From the NCBI GenBank assembly GCA_031459625.1, contig JAVKIH010000007.1, positions 1-64,000 of the forward strand: a DNA stretch of 64,000 bases. The letters are read 5' to 3'. Position 1 is the stretch's first letter. Each line of letters starts with the position of its first letter. Below are positions 1-12,150 of this stretch, piece after piece. Below the pieces are notes generated by a model. It saw nothing but the letters and a program-made list of their open reading frames with translations, searched no databases and was not told where the DNA came from. Source of the DNA: Candidatus Geohabitans tengchongensis (GTDB taxonomy: Bacteria; Sysuimicrobiota; Sysuimicrobiia; Sysuimicrobiales; Humicultoraceae). The translations under genes and the position numbers were made by a program.

Positions 1-130
1 CCCGAGCGGGCCACGTGCCGGGCGGCCGGGGGGCCGCGACCAGGCCATCCAGCGCAACCTCGTAGCCGGTCGGAGGTCGATGAGGGGGTTGACTCTCATA
101 AACATACGATTTTCAGCACCCTGCTAGGCG

Positions 131-550
131 TCACACGAGGCGGACCAGCACCTCCCGCGTGCGCGGGCCGTCCAGCTCGGCCAGGAAGAGGCGCTGCCAG
201 GTCCCCAGGTGCAGCCGGCCACCCGCCACCGGCACCAGGAGGGACGGGCCGAGCAGCACCGCGCGCAGGTGGGCGTCGGCATTGCGGTCGACGCGGTTGT
301 GCGCGTAGGCGCCCTGGCGCGGCGCCACCCGCTCGAGCCAGGCCACCAGGTCCTGCTGGAGGCCCGGTTCCCCTTCGTTCACGAGCAGCGCCGCGGTGGT
401 GTGCGGGGCGAAGAGCGCGAGCGCCCCCTCCGCCTCTGCCGGCAGCGCGGCCTCGACGGTCTCGGTGATGTCGACCAGGTCGACGCGGGCCCGGCTGCGC
501 ACGCGCAGCGCGGTCCAGCCCGAGGGGGCGGCCGACCGGGGGCTAGCCAC
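131..550 (-). CDS. yjbQ: YjbQ/UPF0047 family protein (secondary thiamine-phosphate synthase-like)
   Basis: Motifs HTTAALLVNE, NADAHLRA and LGTWQRLFLAELDGPRTR. Confidence 0.9.
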   Translation of the reverse strand: MASPRSAAPSGWTALRVRSRARVDLVDITETVEAALPAEAEGALALFAPHTTAALLVNEGEPGLQQDLVAWLERVAPRQGAYAHNRVDRNADAHLRAVLLGPSLLVPVAGGRLHLGTWQRLFLAELDGPRTREVLVRLV

Positions 551-573
551 GGACCGGGAACCGGACGCGGCCC

Positions 574-1506
574 CTAGACACGGACCGGCGGGGCGATCTC
601 CACCATGCGGTCGAGCACCATCGTGGCCAGGCGCATGGCCCGCAGGCCGTCCGCCCCGCTCACCAGCGGCTGGGCCTCCCCCCGCACGCAGGCCAGGAAG
701 TGGTTCAGCTCCAGCCGCAGCGTCTCCTGCGCCTCCACCTTGATGCGCTGCGTCTCGCCGCGGTCGTGGCGCACGGTGAGGGTCTGGTGGAGGAAGTCCA
801 GATGGACGGCGCGGTCGGCCATGGTCACCTCCAGGTCGACCGCCTTGGTGGCCGCCACCCGGCTGGCCGTGAGGGTGACGAGACAGCCGGTGTTCAGCCG
901 CAGCTGGGCGACGGCCAGGTCCTCGTGGGAGTTGTGCACGCGGACGCCGATGGCGTGGATCTCCTCGATCCGCCCAGGGACGAGCGCCTGGACGATGTCG
1001 ATGTCGTGGATCATCAGGTCCATGACCACGCCCACGTCCATCGTCCGGGTGACGTCGTAGGGGCGGACGCGCCGCACCTGCACCGCCAGCGGCGCCCGCA
1101 CCAGCGGGAAGAGGCGCTGCACCGCCGGCTTGAAGCGCTCGATGTGCCCCACCAGCAGGACCCGGTCCCGCGCGCCCGCCAGGGCGGTGAGCGCCTCCGC
1201 CTCATCCAGCGTGGTGGTCATCGGCTTCTCCACCAGGACGTGGGCCCCGGCCTCGAGAAAGTCGCGGGCCACCGCGTAGTGCAGGGCCGTGGGGACGGCG
1301 ATGACCGCCGCGTCCACCGCGCCGAGCAGGTCGCGGTGGTCGAGGTAGCCCCGGGTGCCGTAGCGGTGCGCCAGGGCGCGCGCCGTGGCGGCCTTGCGGT
1401 CCACCACCCCGACGAGGTCGGCCCCCGGGAGCGAGGCCAGGGCGCGCACGTGGTGCTGCCCCCACTGCCCCAGGCCGACCACGGCGACGCGGACCCGGTC
1501 CCTCAT
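574..1506 (-). CDS. Gfo/Idh/MocA family NAD-dependent oxidoreductase (GnnA/WlbA-like)
   Basis: GLGQWG Rossmann motif, VLVEKP, VGHIERF, DLMIHDID; ATG at 1506 overlaps the upstream gene's stop. Confidence 0.9.
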   Translation of the reverse strand: MRDRVRVAVVGLGQWGQHHVRALASLPGADLVGVVDRKAATARALAHRYGTRGYLDHRDLLGAVDAAVIAVPTALHYAVARDFLEAGAHVLVEKPMTTTLDEAEALTALAGARDRVLLVGHIERFKPAVQRLFPLVRAPLAVQVRRVRPYDVTRTMDVGVVMDLMIHDIDIVQALVPGRIEEIHAIGVRVHNSHEDLAVAQLRLNTGCLVTLTASRVAATKAVDLEVTMADRAVHLDFLHQTLTVRHDRGETQRIKVEAQETLRLELNHFLACVRGEAQPLVSGADGLRAMRLATMVLDRMVEIAPPVRV

Positions 1507-2603
1507 GTCGGGCGGTAGGCCGACACCACGTCGACGATGCGCCGCAGGTCCTGCGGGGCGAGCCCGGGGTGGACGGGGAGCGAGAGGACCTCCCGGGTGA
1601 GGCGCTCGGCGACGGGGAAGTGCCCGTCGAACCCCAGCCGCCGGTAGGCCGGCGTGTGCGGAATGAGCACCGGGTAGAAGACCTTGTGCCCGATCCCCTC
1701 CCGCGCCAGGTAGCGGGCGAAGGCATCGCGCCCCTCGACGCGCACGGTGTACTGGTTGTAGACGTGGTGGGCGCCGGGCGGCTCCGCGGGCGGGCGGAGC
1801 CACGCCAGGTCCCGGAACGCCTCGGTGAGGACCGCGGCGTTGGCCCGCCGTACGGCGTTGTGGCGCTCCAGGCGGGCCAGCTGCGGCAGCCCCATGGCGG
1901 CGGCGATGTCCGTCATGCGGAAGTTGTAGCCGACGATGTCGTAGCGGTACTCGGCGTCGCCCCGCGGGTCGACCAGCAGGCGGGCCACGCGGGCCACCTC
2001 CGGGTCGGCCGTGACCACCATGCCCCCCTCGCCCGTGGTCATATTCTTCGTCGGGTAGAAGCTGAAGATCGCCGCGTGCCCGAAGGTGCCGACCTTCCGG
2101 CCGCGCCAGGCGGCGCCGTGCGCCTGGGCGCAGTCCTCGATGAGGAGGAGACGGTGGCGCTCCGCCAGCGCGCCCAGCGCGTCCATGTCCGCCGGCAGCC
2201 CGTAGAGGTGGACCACCAGGAGGGCGCGGATGCCGCCGCGCCGGACCACGGCCTCGACCGCATCCGGGTCGAGGTTGTACGTGCGCGGGTCGACGTCGGC
2301 GAAGACGGGCTCGGCCCCCACGTGCAGCACGGCGTGGCTGGTGGCGGCGAAGCTGAAGGGCGTGGTGACGACACGGTCCCCCCGGCCGATGCCCAGCGCC
2401 TGAAGGGCCACCTGGAGGGCGGCGGTCCCCGAGGAGGTGGCGACCGCGTACGGCACGCCCAGGTAGGCGGCGAAGGCCTCCTCGAACTCCCGGACGACGC
2501 GGTCGGCGACCAGGATGCCGGAGTCCAGGACCTGGAGGATGCGCTCGCGTTCCTCGTGGCCGATGAGGGGTCGGGCGAGGGGGATGGTAACGGCCATGCG
2601 CAT
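1503..2603 (-). CDS. DegT/DnrJ/EryC1/StrS PLP-dependent sugar aminotransferase
   Basis: SSGTAAL, VHLYG, IEDCAQAHG, SFYPTKNMTTGEGG; start placed at ATG 2603 from the promoter position. Confidence 0.93.
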   Translation of the reverse strand: MRMAVTIPLARPLIGHEERERILQVLDSGILVADRVVREFEEAFAAYLGVPYAVATSSGTAALQVALQALGIGRGDRVVTTPFSFAATSHAVLHVGAEPVFADVDPRTYNLDPDAVEAVVRRGGIRALLVVHLYGLPADMDALGALAERHRLLLIEDCAQAHGAAWRGRKVGTFGHAAIFSFYPTKNMTTGEGGMVVTADPEVARVARLLVDPRGDAEYRYDIVGYNFRMTDIAAAMGLPQLARLERHNAVRRANAAVLTEAFRDLAWLRPPAEPPGAHHVYNQYTVRVEGRDAFARYLAREGIGHKVFYPVLIPHTPAYRRLGFDGHFPVAERLTREVLSLPVHPGLAPQDLRRIVDVVSAYRPT

Positions 2604-2610
2604 GGGCACT

Positions 2611-2639
2611 ATCTTATAATCTCCGTTCTCGCCGGACAA
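2611..2639 (-). promoter_or_regulatory. Sigma70-like promoter, probably leaderless
   Basis: TTGTCC-N17-TAAGAT on the minus strand; -10 box ends 7 nt before ATG 2603. Confidence 0.55.
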
Positions 2640-2793
2640 TTTTCTCGGCTGGTCGGGGTGGCAGGCGGCGCGCGACACGACCGGCCCCGCGCACGACCGG
2701 TCGCACCGCGGGGAAACCGGCGCAGACGGCGACGGGGCCGCGCCGGGGGGTGGACGCGGCCCCGCTGACCTCGGCCTCCGACCCGCTGGGGGC

Positions 2794-2937
2794 TTACTGG
2801 ACCACGACGCGGCGGCCGGCGACGAGCAGCCAGATCACGAAGAGGACGAGCAACCAGACCAGGACGTCCTGCCCGGACTCGTTGTCGAGGTAGCGGCCGA
2901 CCACGTGACGGATGTAAGTCTGGAGCCAGGTGACCAT
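2794..2937 (-). CDS. 47-aa single-TM small protein with a Flp-prepilin-like leader (..DNESG|Q)
   Basis: AGGAGG RBS upstream of the ATG; hydrophobic stretch VLVWLLVLFVIWLLVAG. Confidence 0.65.
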   Translation of the reverse strand: MVTWLQTYIRHVVGRYLDNESGQDVLVWLLVLFVIWLLVAGRRVVVQ

Positions 2938-3067
2938 CGCTGCACCTCCTGTACCGTAGAGTCCCCCGCTGTTTTTCCCGTCCCCGACCACGCTCTTCCC
3001 GCCCCCGGCGGCACGCCGACGACGCACTCCGGGCCCCGACCGGGCGGCGCGCGCCCGGCGACGGGGA

Positions 3068-3517
3068 TCAGGCCCGGGCCGGTGGGGCCTCCAGCCGGGC
3101 CTTCAAGGCCGCCAGCATCGCCTCGATGTTCTTGCGCATCAACGTGCGCAGCAGCGTGCTGAGCAACGGACCCGCCAGCGGCAGGTCAATCTCGAAGTCA
3201 ACCATCACGGAGGTGCGGGTCCCCTCCCCCGCGGGCTCGAACCGCCAGACGCCGGCGTAGTGGGCGAAGTCCCCCTCCCGCTGGCGGAAGTGACAGGTGT
3301 GGGAAGCGTGGTCCCAGTGGTCCTCCTCCACCCAGCGGACCTTGCGCCCCTGCACCACGCCCACCCAGCGGGTCACCGTGCGGTCGTCGGTCCGCTCCAG
3401 GACCTCGACGCTCTCCAGGTCGGGCATGAACTCCGGGAACTCCTCCACCGCCCGGGCCTGCCGGTAGACCTCCTCCAGCGGGGCGGCAATCAGCGTCGTG
3501 GCTTCCACGCGGGCCAT
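3068..3517 (-). CDS. SRPBCC/polyketide cyclase-like lipid-binding protein
   Basis: Pattern I-x-AP-x-E-x-VY...VEEFPEFMPD...G-x-W-x-FEP; GGAGGAG RBS. Confidence 0.85.
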   Translation of the reverse strand: MARVEATTLIAAPLEEVYRQARAVEEFPEFMPDLESVEVLERTDDRTVTRWVGVVQGRKVRWVEEDHWDHASHTCHFRQREGDFAHYAGVWRFEPAGEGTRTSVMVDFEIDLPLAGPLLSTLLRTLMRKNIEAMLAALKARLEAPPARA

Positions 3518-4455
3518 GGCTCTCCTCCCTCCCCCGCGCCGTTCGTGCCTGCGCCCGGCGCCGCGCCCGCGCCGGGGTGAGCGATGCGCCGGGCCACCGT
3601 GATGAACCCCGTGTGCGCCACCATGCGGTGGGCCGGGCGCACGCTCGGTCCCTCGACGTTCCAGCCGCGCAGGAGCACCTCCACCGTCTCCACCCCGACG
3701 AAGGCGCCGGTGGCCCGCAGCGCCTCCACCGTCTGCTGCACCTGGGGCACGGTGGGGACGTAGGAGAGCCAGATCCCGCCGGGGCGCAACGCCTGGGCGG
3801 CGTGGCCGGCCACCCGCCACGGCTCGGGCAGGTCGAGCACCACCCGGTCCGCCGGCGCGTCGGGGATCCCAGCGGTGATGTCGTGCTCCCGCAGCACCAG
3901 CGCGGGCGTGGGCCCGAGGAAGCGGGCGATGTTGCGCGCCGCCTGCCGGGCGAAGTCGGGGCGCACCTCGTAGGAGGCCACCCGCCCCGTCGGGCCGACC
4001 GCCCGCAGCAGGGCCATGGTCAGCGCCCCCGACCCCGTGCCGGCCTCCACCACCCGGGCCCCCGGGTAGAGGTCGCCCCACACCAGGATGACCCCCAGGT
4101 CCTTCGGGTAGATCACCGTGGCCGCGCGGGGCATCTCCAGGACGAACTCCGCCAGGGTGGGCCGCAGCACCCGCACCCGCTCCCCCAGCGAGGTCTCCAC
4201 CAGGACGCCCTCCTCGCGCCCGAGCAGGGCGTCGTGGGGGATGCGCCCGCCGCGCAGGTCGTGGACGCGCCCGGGGGTCAGCGTGATGAGATACCGGCGC
4301 CCCTTGCGGTCCACCAGGAGGACAGGCTCGCCGGGCTGCAGCGGCCCGCCCGGCCGGAGGCCGCCCGGGGCCTCCGCCTGGCCCGGGGAGGCGGCGCCGC
4401 CCGCCGGCCCGGTCAGGCCGCCACTCCCCGCGGCTTCACGTGCCGGCGCACCCAC
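3490..4455 (-). CDS. trmI: tRNA (adenine58-N1)-methyltransferase, TrmI/GCD14 family; true start probably downstream of 4455
   Basis: [40 protein letters not shown]. Confidence 0.92.
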   Translation of the reverse strand: MGAPAREAAGSGGLTGPAGGAASPGQAEAPGGLRPGGPLQPGEPVLLVDRKGRRYLITLTPGRVHDLRGGRIPHDALLGREEGVLVETSLGERVRVLRPTLAEFVLEMPRAATVIYPKDLGVILVWGDLYPGARVVEAGTGSGALTMALLRAVGPTGRVASYEVRPDFARQAARNIARFLGPTPALVLREHDITAGIPDAPADRVVLDLPEPWRVAGHAAQALRPGGIWLSYVPTVPQVQQTVEALRATGAFVGVETVEVLLRGWNVEGPSVRPAHRMVAHTGFITVARRIAHPGAGAAPGAGTNGAGEGGEPWPAWKPRR

Positions 4456-4829
4456 TCGACGATGGTGCCGAGCGGCGTCCCGGGCGTGAAGATCTCGGCG
4501 ATGCCGGCCGCCTTCAGGGCGGGGATGTCCTCCTCGGGGATGATCCCGCCGGCGAAGACGACGATGTCGTCCGCCCCGCGGGCCCGCAGGAGCTCCAGGA
4601 TGCGCGGGAAGAGGGTGTTGTGGGCCCCGGAGAGGATGGAGAGCCCGATGGCGTCCACGTCCTCCTGGATGGCCGCGTTCACGATCATCTCCGGGGTCTG
4701 GTGCAGTCCGGTGTAGATGACCTCGAAGCCGGCGTCGCGCAGGGCGCGCGCCACCACCTTGACCCCGCGGTCGTGCCCGTCGAGGCCGGGTTTGGCCACC
4801 AGGATGCGGATCTTGGACTCCGCCGGCAT
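4413..4829 (-). CDS. Acyl-CoA mutase small (cobalamin-binding) subunit
   Basis: [10 protein letters not shown] (DxHxxG), [14 protein letters not shown]. Confidence 0.95.
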   Translation of the reverse strand: MPAESKIRILVAKPGLDGHDRGVKVVARALRDAGFEVIYTGLHQTPEMIVNAAIQEDVDAIGLSILSGAHNTLFPRILELLRARGADDIVVFAGGIIPEEDIPALKAAGIAEIFTPGTPLGTIVEWVRRHVKPRGVAA

Positions 4830-4914
4830 CGGGCTGTCAGCACTCCGGTCGTGCCCGTCCCCAGTATACCGGCGGGCGCCGGCGGCATTGAAGCCGCGCC
4901 GCCGGACGCTGCCC

Positions 4915-6624
<1,710 letters not shown>

Positions 6625-6643
6625 GCCCCGTGCCGGGGACCCG

Positions 6644-7630
6644 TCACGGCCCCGCCTGCTTCCGCCGCCGCACCGCCGCGGTCAGGCGGGGGACGATCTC
6701 GAAGAGGTCCCCCACCACGCCCAGGTCGGCCACCTGGAAGATGGGCGCCTGCGGGTCCTTGTTGATGGCGATGATGTGCTTGCTGCCGGACATCCCGGCC
6801 AGGTGCTGGGGGGCGCCCGAGATCCCCACAGCCAGGTAGACCTGCGGGGCCACGGTCTTGCCGGTCTGCCCGATCTCGTAGTCGTGCGGCACCCACCCCG
6901 AGTCCACCGGCGGCCGCGACGAGCCCACCGCCCCGCCCAGCGCGCGGGCCAGCTCCTCGAGCAGGGCGAAGTGCTCGGGGCCGCGCAGGCCCCGGCCGCC
7001 GGAGACGACGATGTCCGCCTCGGTGAGCGGCACCGTCTCCCGCTCCAGCGCCCGCACCTCGCGCACGCGCGCCCGGCTCCCCACCTCGGGCGGGACGGGG
7101 ACGCGCCGCACCTCCGCGCGCCGGTCGCGCCGGGGCGGGACGGGGAAGACCCCCGGCAGGACCACGGCGATGTGCAGCCGGCCGGGGAGCAGCCGCACCG
7201 TGCCGATGGCCTTGCGCGTGTACATCGGACGGATGGCCACGAGCGCCCCGTCCTCCCGCGCCAGCGTCTGGCAGTCGGTAACGATGGCCGCCCCGGCGCG
7301 CACGGCCAGGCGCGGCGCCAGGTCGCGTCCCTGGGCCGTCGAGCCGATGAGCAACACCTCCGGCCGCTCCTGGGCCAGGAGGGGGAGGAGGGCCGCCGTG
7401 TAGGCCTCCGCCGTGTAGGCGGCCAGCGCCGGGGCCGCGAGCACGAGCACCTCGTCGGCCCCGTAGGCGCCCAGCGCTTCGGCGTCCACGCCCCCCTCGC
7501 CGCCCACCAGCACCGCCGCCACACGCCCCTGGCCGGCCAGCTCGCGGGCCTTGCCCAGCAGCTCGTAGGTGAGGCGGCGCACGGCGCCGTCCTCGCGGGC
7601 CACCAGGACCCAGATCCCCCCGGCCATCAC
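6644..7630 (-). CDS. etfA: Electron transfer flavoprotein alpha subunit
   Basis: [34 protein letters not shown]. Confidence 0.96.
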   Translation of the reverse strand: MMAGGIWVLVAREDGAVRRLTYELLGKARELAGQGRVAAVLVGGEGGVDAEALGAYGADEVLVLAAPALAAYTAEAYTAALLPLLAQERPEVLLIGSTAQGRDLAPRLAVRAGAAIVTDCQTLAREDGALVAIRPMYTRKAIGTVRLLPGRLHIAVVLPGVFPVPPRRDRRAEVRRVPVPPEVGSRARVREVRALERETVPLTEADIVVSGGRGLRGPEHFALLEELARALGGAVGSSRPPVDSGWVPHDYEIGQTGKTVAPQVYLAVGISGAPQHLAGMSGSKHIIAINKDPQAPIFQVADLGVVGDLFEIVPRLTAAVRRRKQAGP

Positions 7631-8415
7631 AGCACCTTCGCCGTCTCGGCCAGGTAGCGCACGATGGCCTCGACCGCCGCGTCCGGGTCCTGGCCGTCCA
7701 CCCGCTGCCCCGGCGGGCGCGCCGGCGGGGGCGCCAGGCGCTCCAGCACGGCACCCGGCGTGCCCAGCGCCTCGGGGTCGATCCCCGCCGCCTCCAGGGT
7801 GAGCACGGGGATCTCCTTGCGCTTGGCCTTCATGATGCCCGGCAGCGACGGGTAGCGCGGCTCGTTGAGGTTGCGCTCCACGGTGAGCAGCGCCGGCAGC
7901 GGCAGCTCCAGGACCTCGACGGCCCCCTCCAGCTCCCGGTGAACCAGGGCATGGGTGGCGTCCTCGGCCACCTCGAGCCGGCTCACCGCCGTGGCCTGCG
8001 GCAGGTCCAGCAGCGCCGCCAGCGCCGGTCCCACCAGGGCGGCGTTGTCGTCGGTGCTGAGCTTGCCGCAGATCACCAGGTCGGGCCGGCGGGGGGCGAT
8101 GACGGCGGCCAGCACGCGCGCTACCTGGAGGTGGTCGGCCCGGGCCAGACGCGGGTCGCTCACCAGGACGGCCTCGTCGGCGCCCATGGCCAGCCCCTGG
8201 CGCAGCGCCTCCCGCGCCCGCTCCGGCCCGACGCTGACCAGGGTCACCGTCCCCCCGAACCGCTCGCGCAGCTGCAGGGCGGCCTCGGTGGCGTGCTCGT
8301 CGTAGTAGTTCATCACCAGGTTCACTCCGGTCTCGTCGATGCCGCTGCCGTCCGGCCGGATGCGGATCGGCGCCTCGGTGTCGGGCACCTGCTTGATGCA
8401 GACGACGATCTCCAT
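7627..8415 (-). CDS. etfB: Electron transfer flavoprotein beta subunit
   Basis: VVCIKQVPD, AMGADEA, NEPRYPSLPGIMKAK. Confidence 0.96.
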   Translation of the reverse strand: MEIVVCIKQVPDTEAPIRIRPDGSGIDETGVNLVMNYYDEHATEAALQLRERFGGTVTLVSVGPERAREALRQGLAMGADEAVLVSDPRLARADHLQVARVLAAVIAPRRPDLVICGKLSTDDNAALVGPALAALLDLPQATAVSRLEVAEDATHALVHRELEGAVEVLELPLPALLTVERNLNEPRYPSLPGIMKAKRKEIPVLTLEAAGIDPEALGTPGAVLERLAPPPARPPGQRVDGQDPDAAVEAIVRYLAETAKVL

Positions 8416-8470
8416 CCTCGCCCTCCGCCGCGCCCCCGCCGGGGCCGCGCGCCCGCCGCCTGCGGCGGCG

Positions 8471-9616
8471 TCACTTCGATCCTAGCACCTGGCGGCTGAT
8501 CACCAGGCGCTGGATCTCGCTCGTCCCCTCGTAGATCTCGGTGATCTTGGCGTCCCGGTAGTAGCGCTCCACCGGGTAGTCCTCGATGTAGCCGTAGCCG
8601 CCGAAGAGCCGGACCGCCCGGGCGGTGGCCCACGTGGCCGTCTCGGCGGCCACCAGCTTGGCCACCGAGGCCTCGCGCGTGTAGGGCTGCCCCTGGTCGC
8701 GCAGCCAGGCGGCGCGGTAGGTGAGGAGCCGGGCGGCGTCGATGCGGGTGGCCATGTCGGCCAGCGTCCACTGGATCGCCTGAAACTCCCCGATGGGCCG
8801 GCCGAACTGGCGGCGCTCCCGCGCGTAGGCGACGCACGCCTCCAGGGCGGCGCGGGCGATGCCCACCGCCTGGGCGGCGATGCCGGTGCGGCCGCCGTCC
8901 AGCGTGGCCAGGGCGATGCGGCCTCCCTGCCCCCGCTCCCCCAGGAGGTTCTCCGCCGGCACGCGGCAGTCGTCGAGGAGGATCTCGGCCGTGGACGAGC
9001 AGCGGATGCCGAGCTTGCGCTCGACCTTCCCCACGCTGATGCCGGGGAACGCCTTCTCGACGATGAAGGCCGAGATCCCCCGGGCGCCGGGGACGGGCTC
9101 GGTGCGGGCGTAGACGATGCAGAGGTCCGCCTCCACCCCGTTGGTGACGAAGACCTTGCGGCCGTTCAGCACCCACTCCCCGCCGCGCCGCTCCGCCCGG
9201 GTGGTCAGCGCCATGGCGTCGGAGCCGGCCTCCGGCTCGGTCAGGCAGTAGCAGCCGAGCGACCGCCCGTCCGCCAGCCGCGGGAGGTAGCGCCGCTTCT
9301 GCTCCTCGGTCCCGAAGGCCAGGATGGGGTCGCACACCAGCGAGTTGTTCACGCTGATGATCACCTGGACCCCGGCGGAGGCGCGGGCCAGCTCCTCCTG
9401 GGCGATGACGTAGGCCAGCGCGTCCATGCCGGCCCCGCCGTACTGCTCCGGGACCATCATGGCCATGAGGCCGAGCCGGGCGGCCTGCTGGATGATCTCC
9501 GCCGGGTAGCGGTGCTCCCGGTCCAGGGCCGCGGCCTGGGGCTCGATCTCCCGTGCCGCGAACTCCCGGACGGTGGCCTGGAGCAGGCGGTGCTCCTCGC
9601 TGAGGGCGAACTCCAT
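8471..9616 (-). CDS. Acyl-CoA dehydrogenase (short/branched-chain type)
   Basis: CLTEPEAGSD, LNGRKVFVTNG, RRQFG, FGGYGY, RDAKITEIYEGTSEIQR. Confidence 0.95.
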   Translation of the reverse strand: MEFALSEEHRLLQATVREFAAREIEPQAAALDREHRYPAEIIQQAARLGLMAMMVPEQYGGAGMDALAYVIAQEELARASAGVQVIISVNNSLVCDPILAFGTEEQKRRYLPRLADGRSLGCYCLTEPEAGSDAMALTTRAERRGGEWVLNGRKVFVTNGVEADLCIVYARTEPVPGARGISAFIVEKAFPGISVGKVERKLGIRCSSTAEILLDDCRVPAENLLGERGQGGRIALATLDGGRTGIAAQAVGIARAALEACVAYARERRQFGRPIGEFQAIQWTLADMATRIDAARLLTYRAAWLRDQGQPYTREASVAKLVAAETATWATARAVRLFGGYGYIEDYPVERYYRDAKITEIYEGTSEIQRLVISRQVLGSK

Positions 9617-9756
9617 GCGGCCTTCATCTGGTTCGTGCCCCGCGCACGCCTCCCCTGCTCGCGCCCCTGGCGCGGCGGCCCGCCCGGTGCGCGCGGTCTG
9701 GAGGGGTGCGGCGGGGGCGTCGAGAACTCTTGGGGGGTTCCGACCGGAGGACTCCC

Positions 9757-10896
9757 GTGGACAACCTCGTGGCCATCGCCGGCATCGGGCTCACGCCGCT
9801 CCGCCCTGTCTCCCCCGACCTCTCCTTCCGGGAGCTGGTCTTCGAGGCGGCTACCCGCGCCTACGCCGACGCCGGGGTGGATCCGCGCGACGTGGACGGC
9901 GTGGTCACCGTGGCGGAGGACCTGCACGAGGGGACCTCCATCACCGACGAGTACACCCCCGACCAGCTGGGGGCGGTGCTCAAGCCGGTGCAGACGGTCG
10001 CCGGGGACGGGCTGCAGGGGCTGGCCGCGGCCTGCCTGCTCATCCGCTCCGGGGCCGCTGACGTCGTCGTGGTCGAAGCGCACAGCAAGGCCAGCAACGT
10101 GCTGGAGCACGAGGAGGTGCTGGCCATGGCGCTCGACCCCACCTACGAGCGCCCCTGGGGCCTCGACCCCCACGCCGTGGCCGCGCTGGAGATGCGCCGC
10201 TACCTGCACGAGGCGGGCGTGCCGGAGCGCGCCGTGGCCGAGGTGGTGGTGGCCAACCGCCGCCGGGCGCTGCGCAACCCCTTCGCCGCCTATGGGGCCG
10301 ACCTCACGGTGGAGCAGGTGCTGACGGACACCGTGGTGGCCGATCCCCTGCGGGCGGCCATGGTGAGCCAGACCGCCGACGGGGCCGTCGTCCTGGTGCT
10401 GGCCGCCCCGGAGACGGCGCGGGCGCTGCGGGGCCGTCCGGTGATGGTGCGCGGCATCGGCTGGGCCTCCGACGAGCCCTCCCTCAGCGGCCGCCCCTGG
10501 GCGGAGGCGACCTACGCGCACCTGGCGGCGGCCATGGCCTACCGCGACGCCGGCCTCCGGGCGCCCGGGCGCGAGGTCGACCTCTTCGAGGTCGACGACA
10601 CCTACGCCCACAAGCAGCTCCAGCACCTGGAGGCGGCGCTCGGCCTGCCGCCCGGCGGCGCGCTGCGGGAGGGCGCGGCGCTGGCCGCGGCGGACCGGGT
10701 GAACGCCTCCGGAGGGCACCTGGGGATGGGGTACGGGTACGACGCTTCGGCGCTCGTGCGCGTGGCCGTGACCGCCCTGCAGGTGCGCGGCGAGGCCGGG
10801 CCGATGCAGGTACCCGGCGTGCGGACCGCCGTCGTCCTCTCCTGGCGCGGCGTCCCCACGACGACCGGCGGTGCCGTGGTGCTGGGCGCGGCGTGA
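9757..10896 (+). CDS. Thiolase-fold (SCP2/Ltp-like) protein lacking the catalytic Cys
   Basis: VAIAGIG, NRRRALRNPFA, ADGAVVLVLA, VNASGG; GTG start after a GGAGGA RBS. Confidence 0.85.
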   Translation: MDNLVAIAGIGLTPLRPVSPDLSFRELVFEAATRAYADAGVDPRDVDGVVTVAEDLHEGTSITDEYTPDQLGAVLKPVQTVAGDGLQGLAAACLLIRSGAADVVVVEAHSKASNVLEHEEVLAMALDPTYERPWGLDPHAVAALEMRRYLHEAGVPERAVAEVVVANRRRALRNPFAAYGADLTVEQVLTDTVVADPLRAAMVSQTADGAVVLVLAAPETARALRGRPVMVRGIGWASDEPSLSGRPWAEATYAHLAAAMAYRDAGLRAPGREVDLFEVDDTYAHKQLQHLEAALGLPPGGALREGAALAAADRVNASGGHLGMGYGYDASALVRVAVTALQVRGEAGPMQVPGVRTAVVLSWRGVPTTTGGAVVLGAA

Positions 10897-10912
10897 TGGT
10901 GAGGGCCTCGTG

Positions 10913-12085
10913 ATGCGGCGACGCGGCTCGCGCCGGGTGGCGGTGATCGGGGCGGGGCTGTCCCGCTTCGTCCGCCGCGCCCTGGAGACCGGGAAGGAGC
11001 TCAGCTACTACGCCGCCGGCCAGGCGCTGGAGAGCGCGGGGGTGCGCCGCCGTGACGTGGAGGCGGTGGTCATGGCCTCCGCCCCGGACGCCTTCGACGG
11101 GCAGCACATGAAGGGCGAGTACCTGCTGGACGGCGCCGGCGCGTACCGCAAGCCCTACTTCCGCGTCTACGTGGGGGGCGGGTCGGGGGTCTTCAGCATC
11201 ATCTCCGGGTGGACGCTGGTGGCCTCGGGGATGTTCGACCTGGTGCTGGTGGTGGCCGAGGAGAAGATGAGCCCCACCCAGCCCCACCCCCAGGCCGCCT
11301 TCATCACCATCTTCGACCACACCATCGAGCGGCCGCTGGGGCCCAACCTGCTGTGGATCTTCGCCCTCGAGCAGACGCGCTACATGCAGACCTATGGGAT
11401 CCGCAACGAGGAGATCGCCCTCGTCTCCGTCAAGAACAAGCGCAACGCCCTGGGCCACCCGGCCTCGCAGGTGGCCGAGGCGGTGACGGTGGAGCAGGTG
11501 CTGGCCTCGGAGGTCGTGGCCTGGCCGGTGCACCGCCTGATGGTCAGCCCGGTCTCCGACGGGGCGGCGGCCATCGTGCTGGCCAGCGAGCGGGTGGCCC
11601 GGCGCCTGAGCCCCCGCCCCGTCTGGGTGGAGGGGATCGGCTGGTCGCTCGACACCTCCTACTGGGGGAACCGGGACCTGGCCTACCCGCGCTACGTCGA
11701 GCAGGCCGCGCGCATGGCCTACGCCATGGCCGGCATCACCGACCCGCGGCGCGAGATCCACGTCGTCGAGCCCTACGACCCCTTCGCCTACAAGGAGCTG
11801 CACCACCTGGAGGGGCTGCTGCTGGCCGACCGCGGCAAGGCGGCCGAGGACCTGGTCCGCGGCCGGTTCGACCGGGAGGGGGCGCTGCCCAGCTCGCCGT
11901 CCGGCGGGCTGCTGGGGGTGGGGAACCCGATCGCCGCCGCCGGGCTCATGAAGGTCTGCGAGATCTTCTGGCAGCTGCGCGGGGAGGCGGGCCCGCGCCA
12001 GGTGCCCAACGCCCCCAGGCGCGGTCTGGCGCAGGCCTGGGGGGACCTGATGCAGATCGGCACCGTGGTCGTCCTGGGCGTCTAG
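10913..12085 (+). CDS. Thiolase-fold (SCP2/Ltp-like) protein lacking the catalytic Cys and His
   Basis: VAVIGAG, VKNKRNALGHP, SDGAAAIVLAS, EPYDPF, PSGGLLGVGNPIAAAG. Confidence 0.88.
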   Translation: MRRRGSRRVAVIGAGLSRFVRRALETGKELSYYAAGQALESAGVRRRDVEAVVMASAPDAFDGQHMKGEYLLDGAGAYRKPYFRVYVGGGSGVFSIISGWTLVASGMFDLVLVVAEEKMSPTQPHPQAAFITIFDHTIERPLGPNLLWIFALEQTRYMQTYGIRNEEIALVSVKNKRNALGHPASQVAEAVTVEQVLASEVVAWPVHRLMVSPVSDGAAAIVLASERVARRLSPRPVWVEGIGWSLDTSYWGNRDLAYPRYVEQAARMAYAMAGITDPRREIHVVEPYDPFAYKELHHLEGLLLADRGKAAEDLVRGRFDREGALPSSPSGGLLGVGNPIAAAGLMKVCEIFWQLRGEAGPRQVPNAPRRGLAQAWGDLMQIGTVVVLGV

Positions 12086-12150
12086 CCCCCGGGGCGCTCG
12101 ACCCGCCAGGCCCGGGGGCGGATCGGTGCCGGTGCGGACGAGGTGAGGTA

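Noticed and set aside
85..120. AT-rich patch containing TTGACT
   Set aside because: No well-spaced -10 box and no gene start in the window to assign it to
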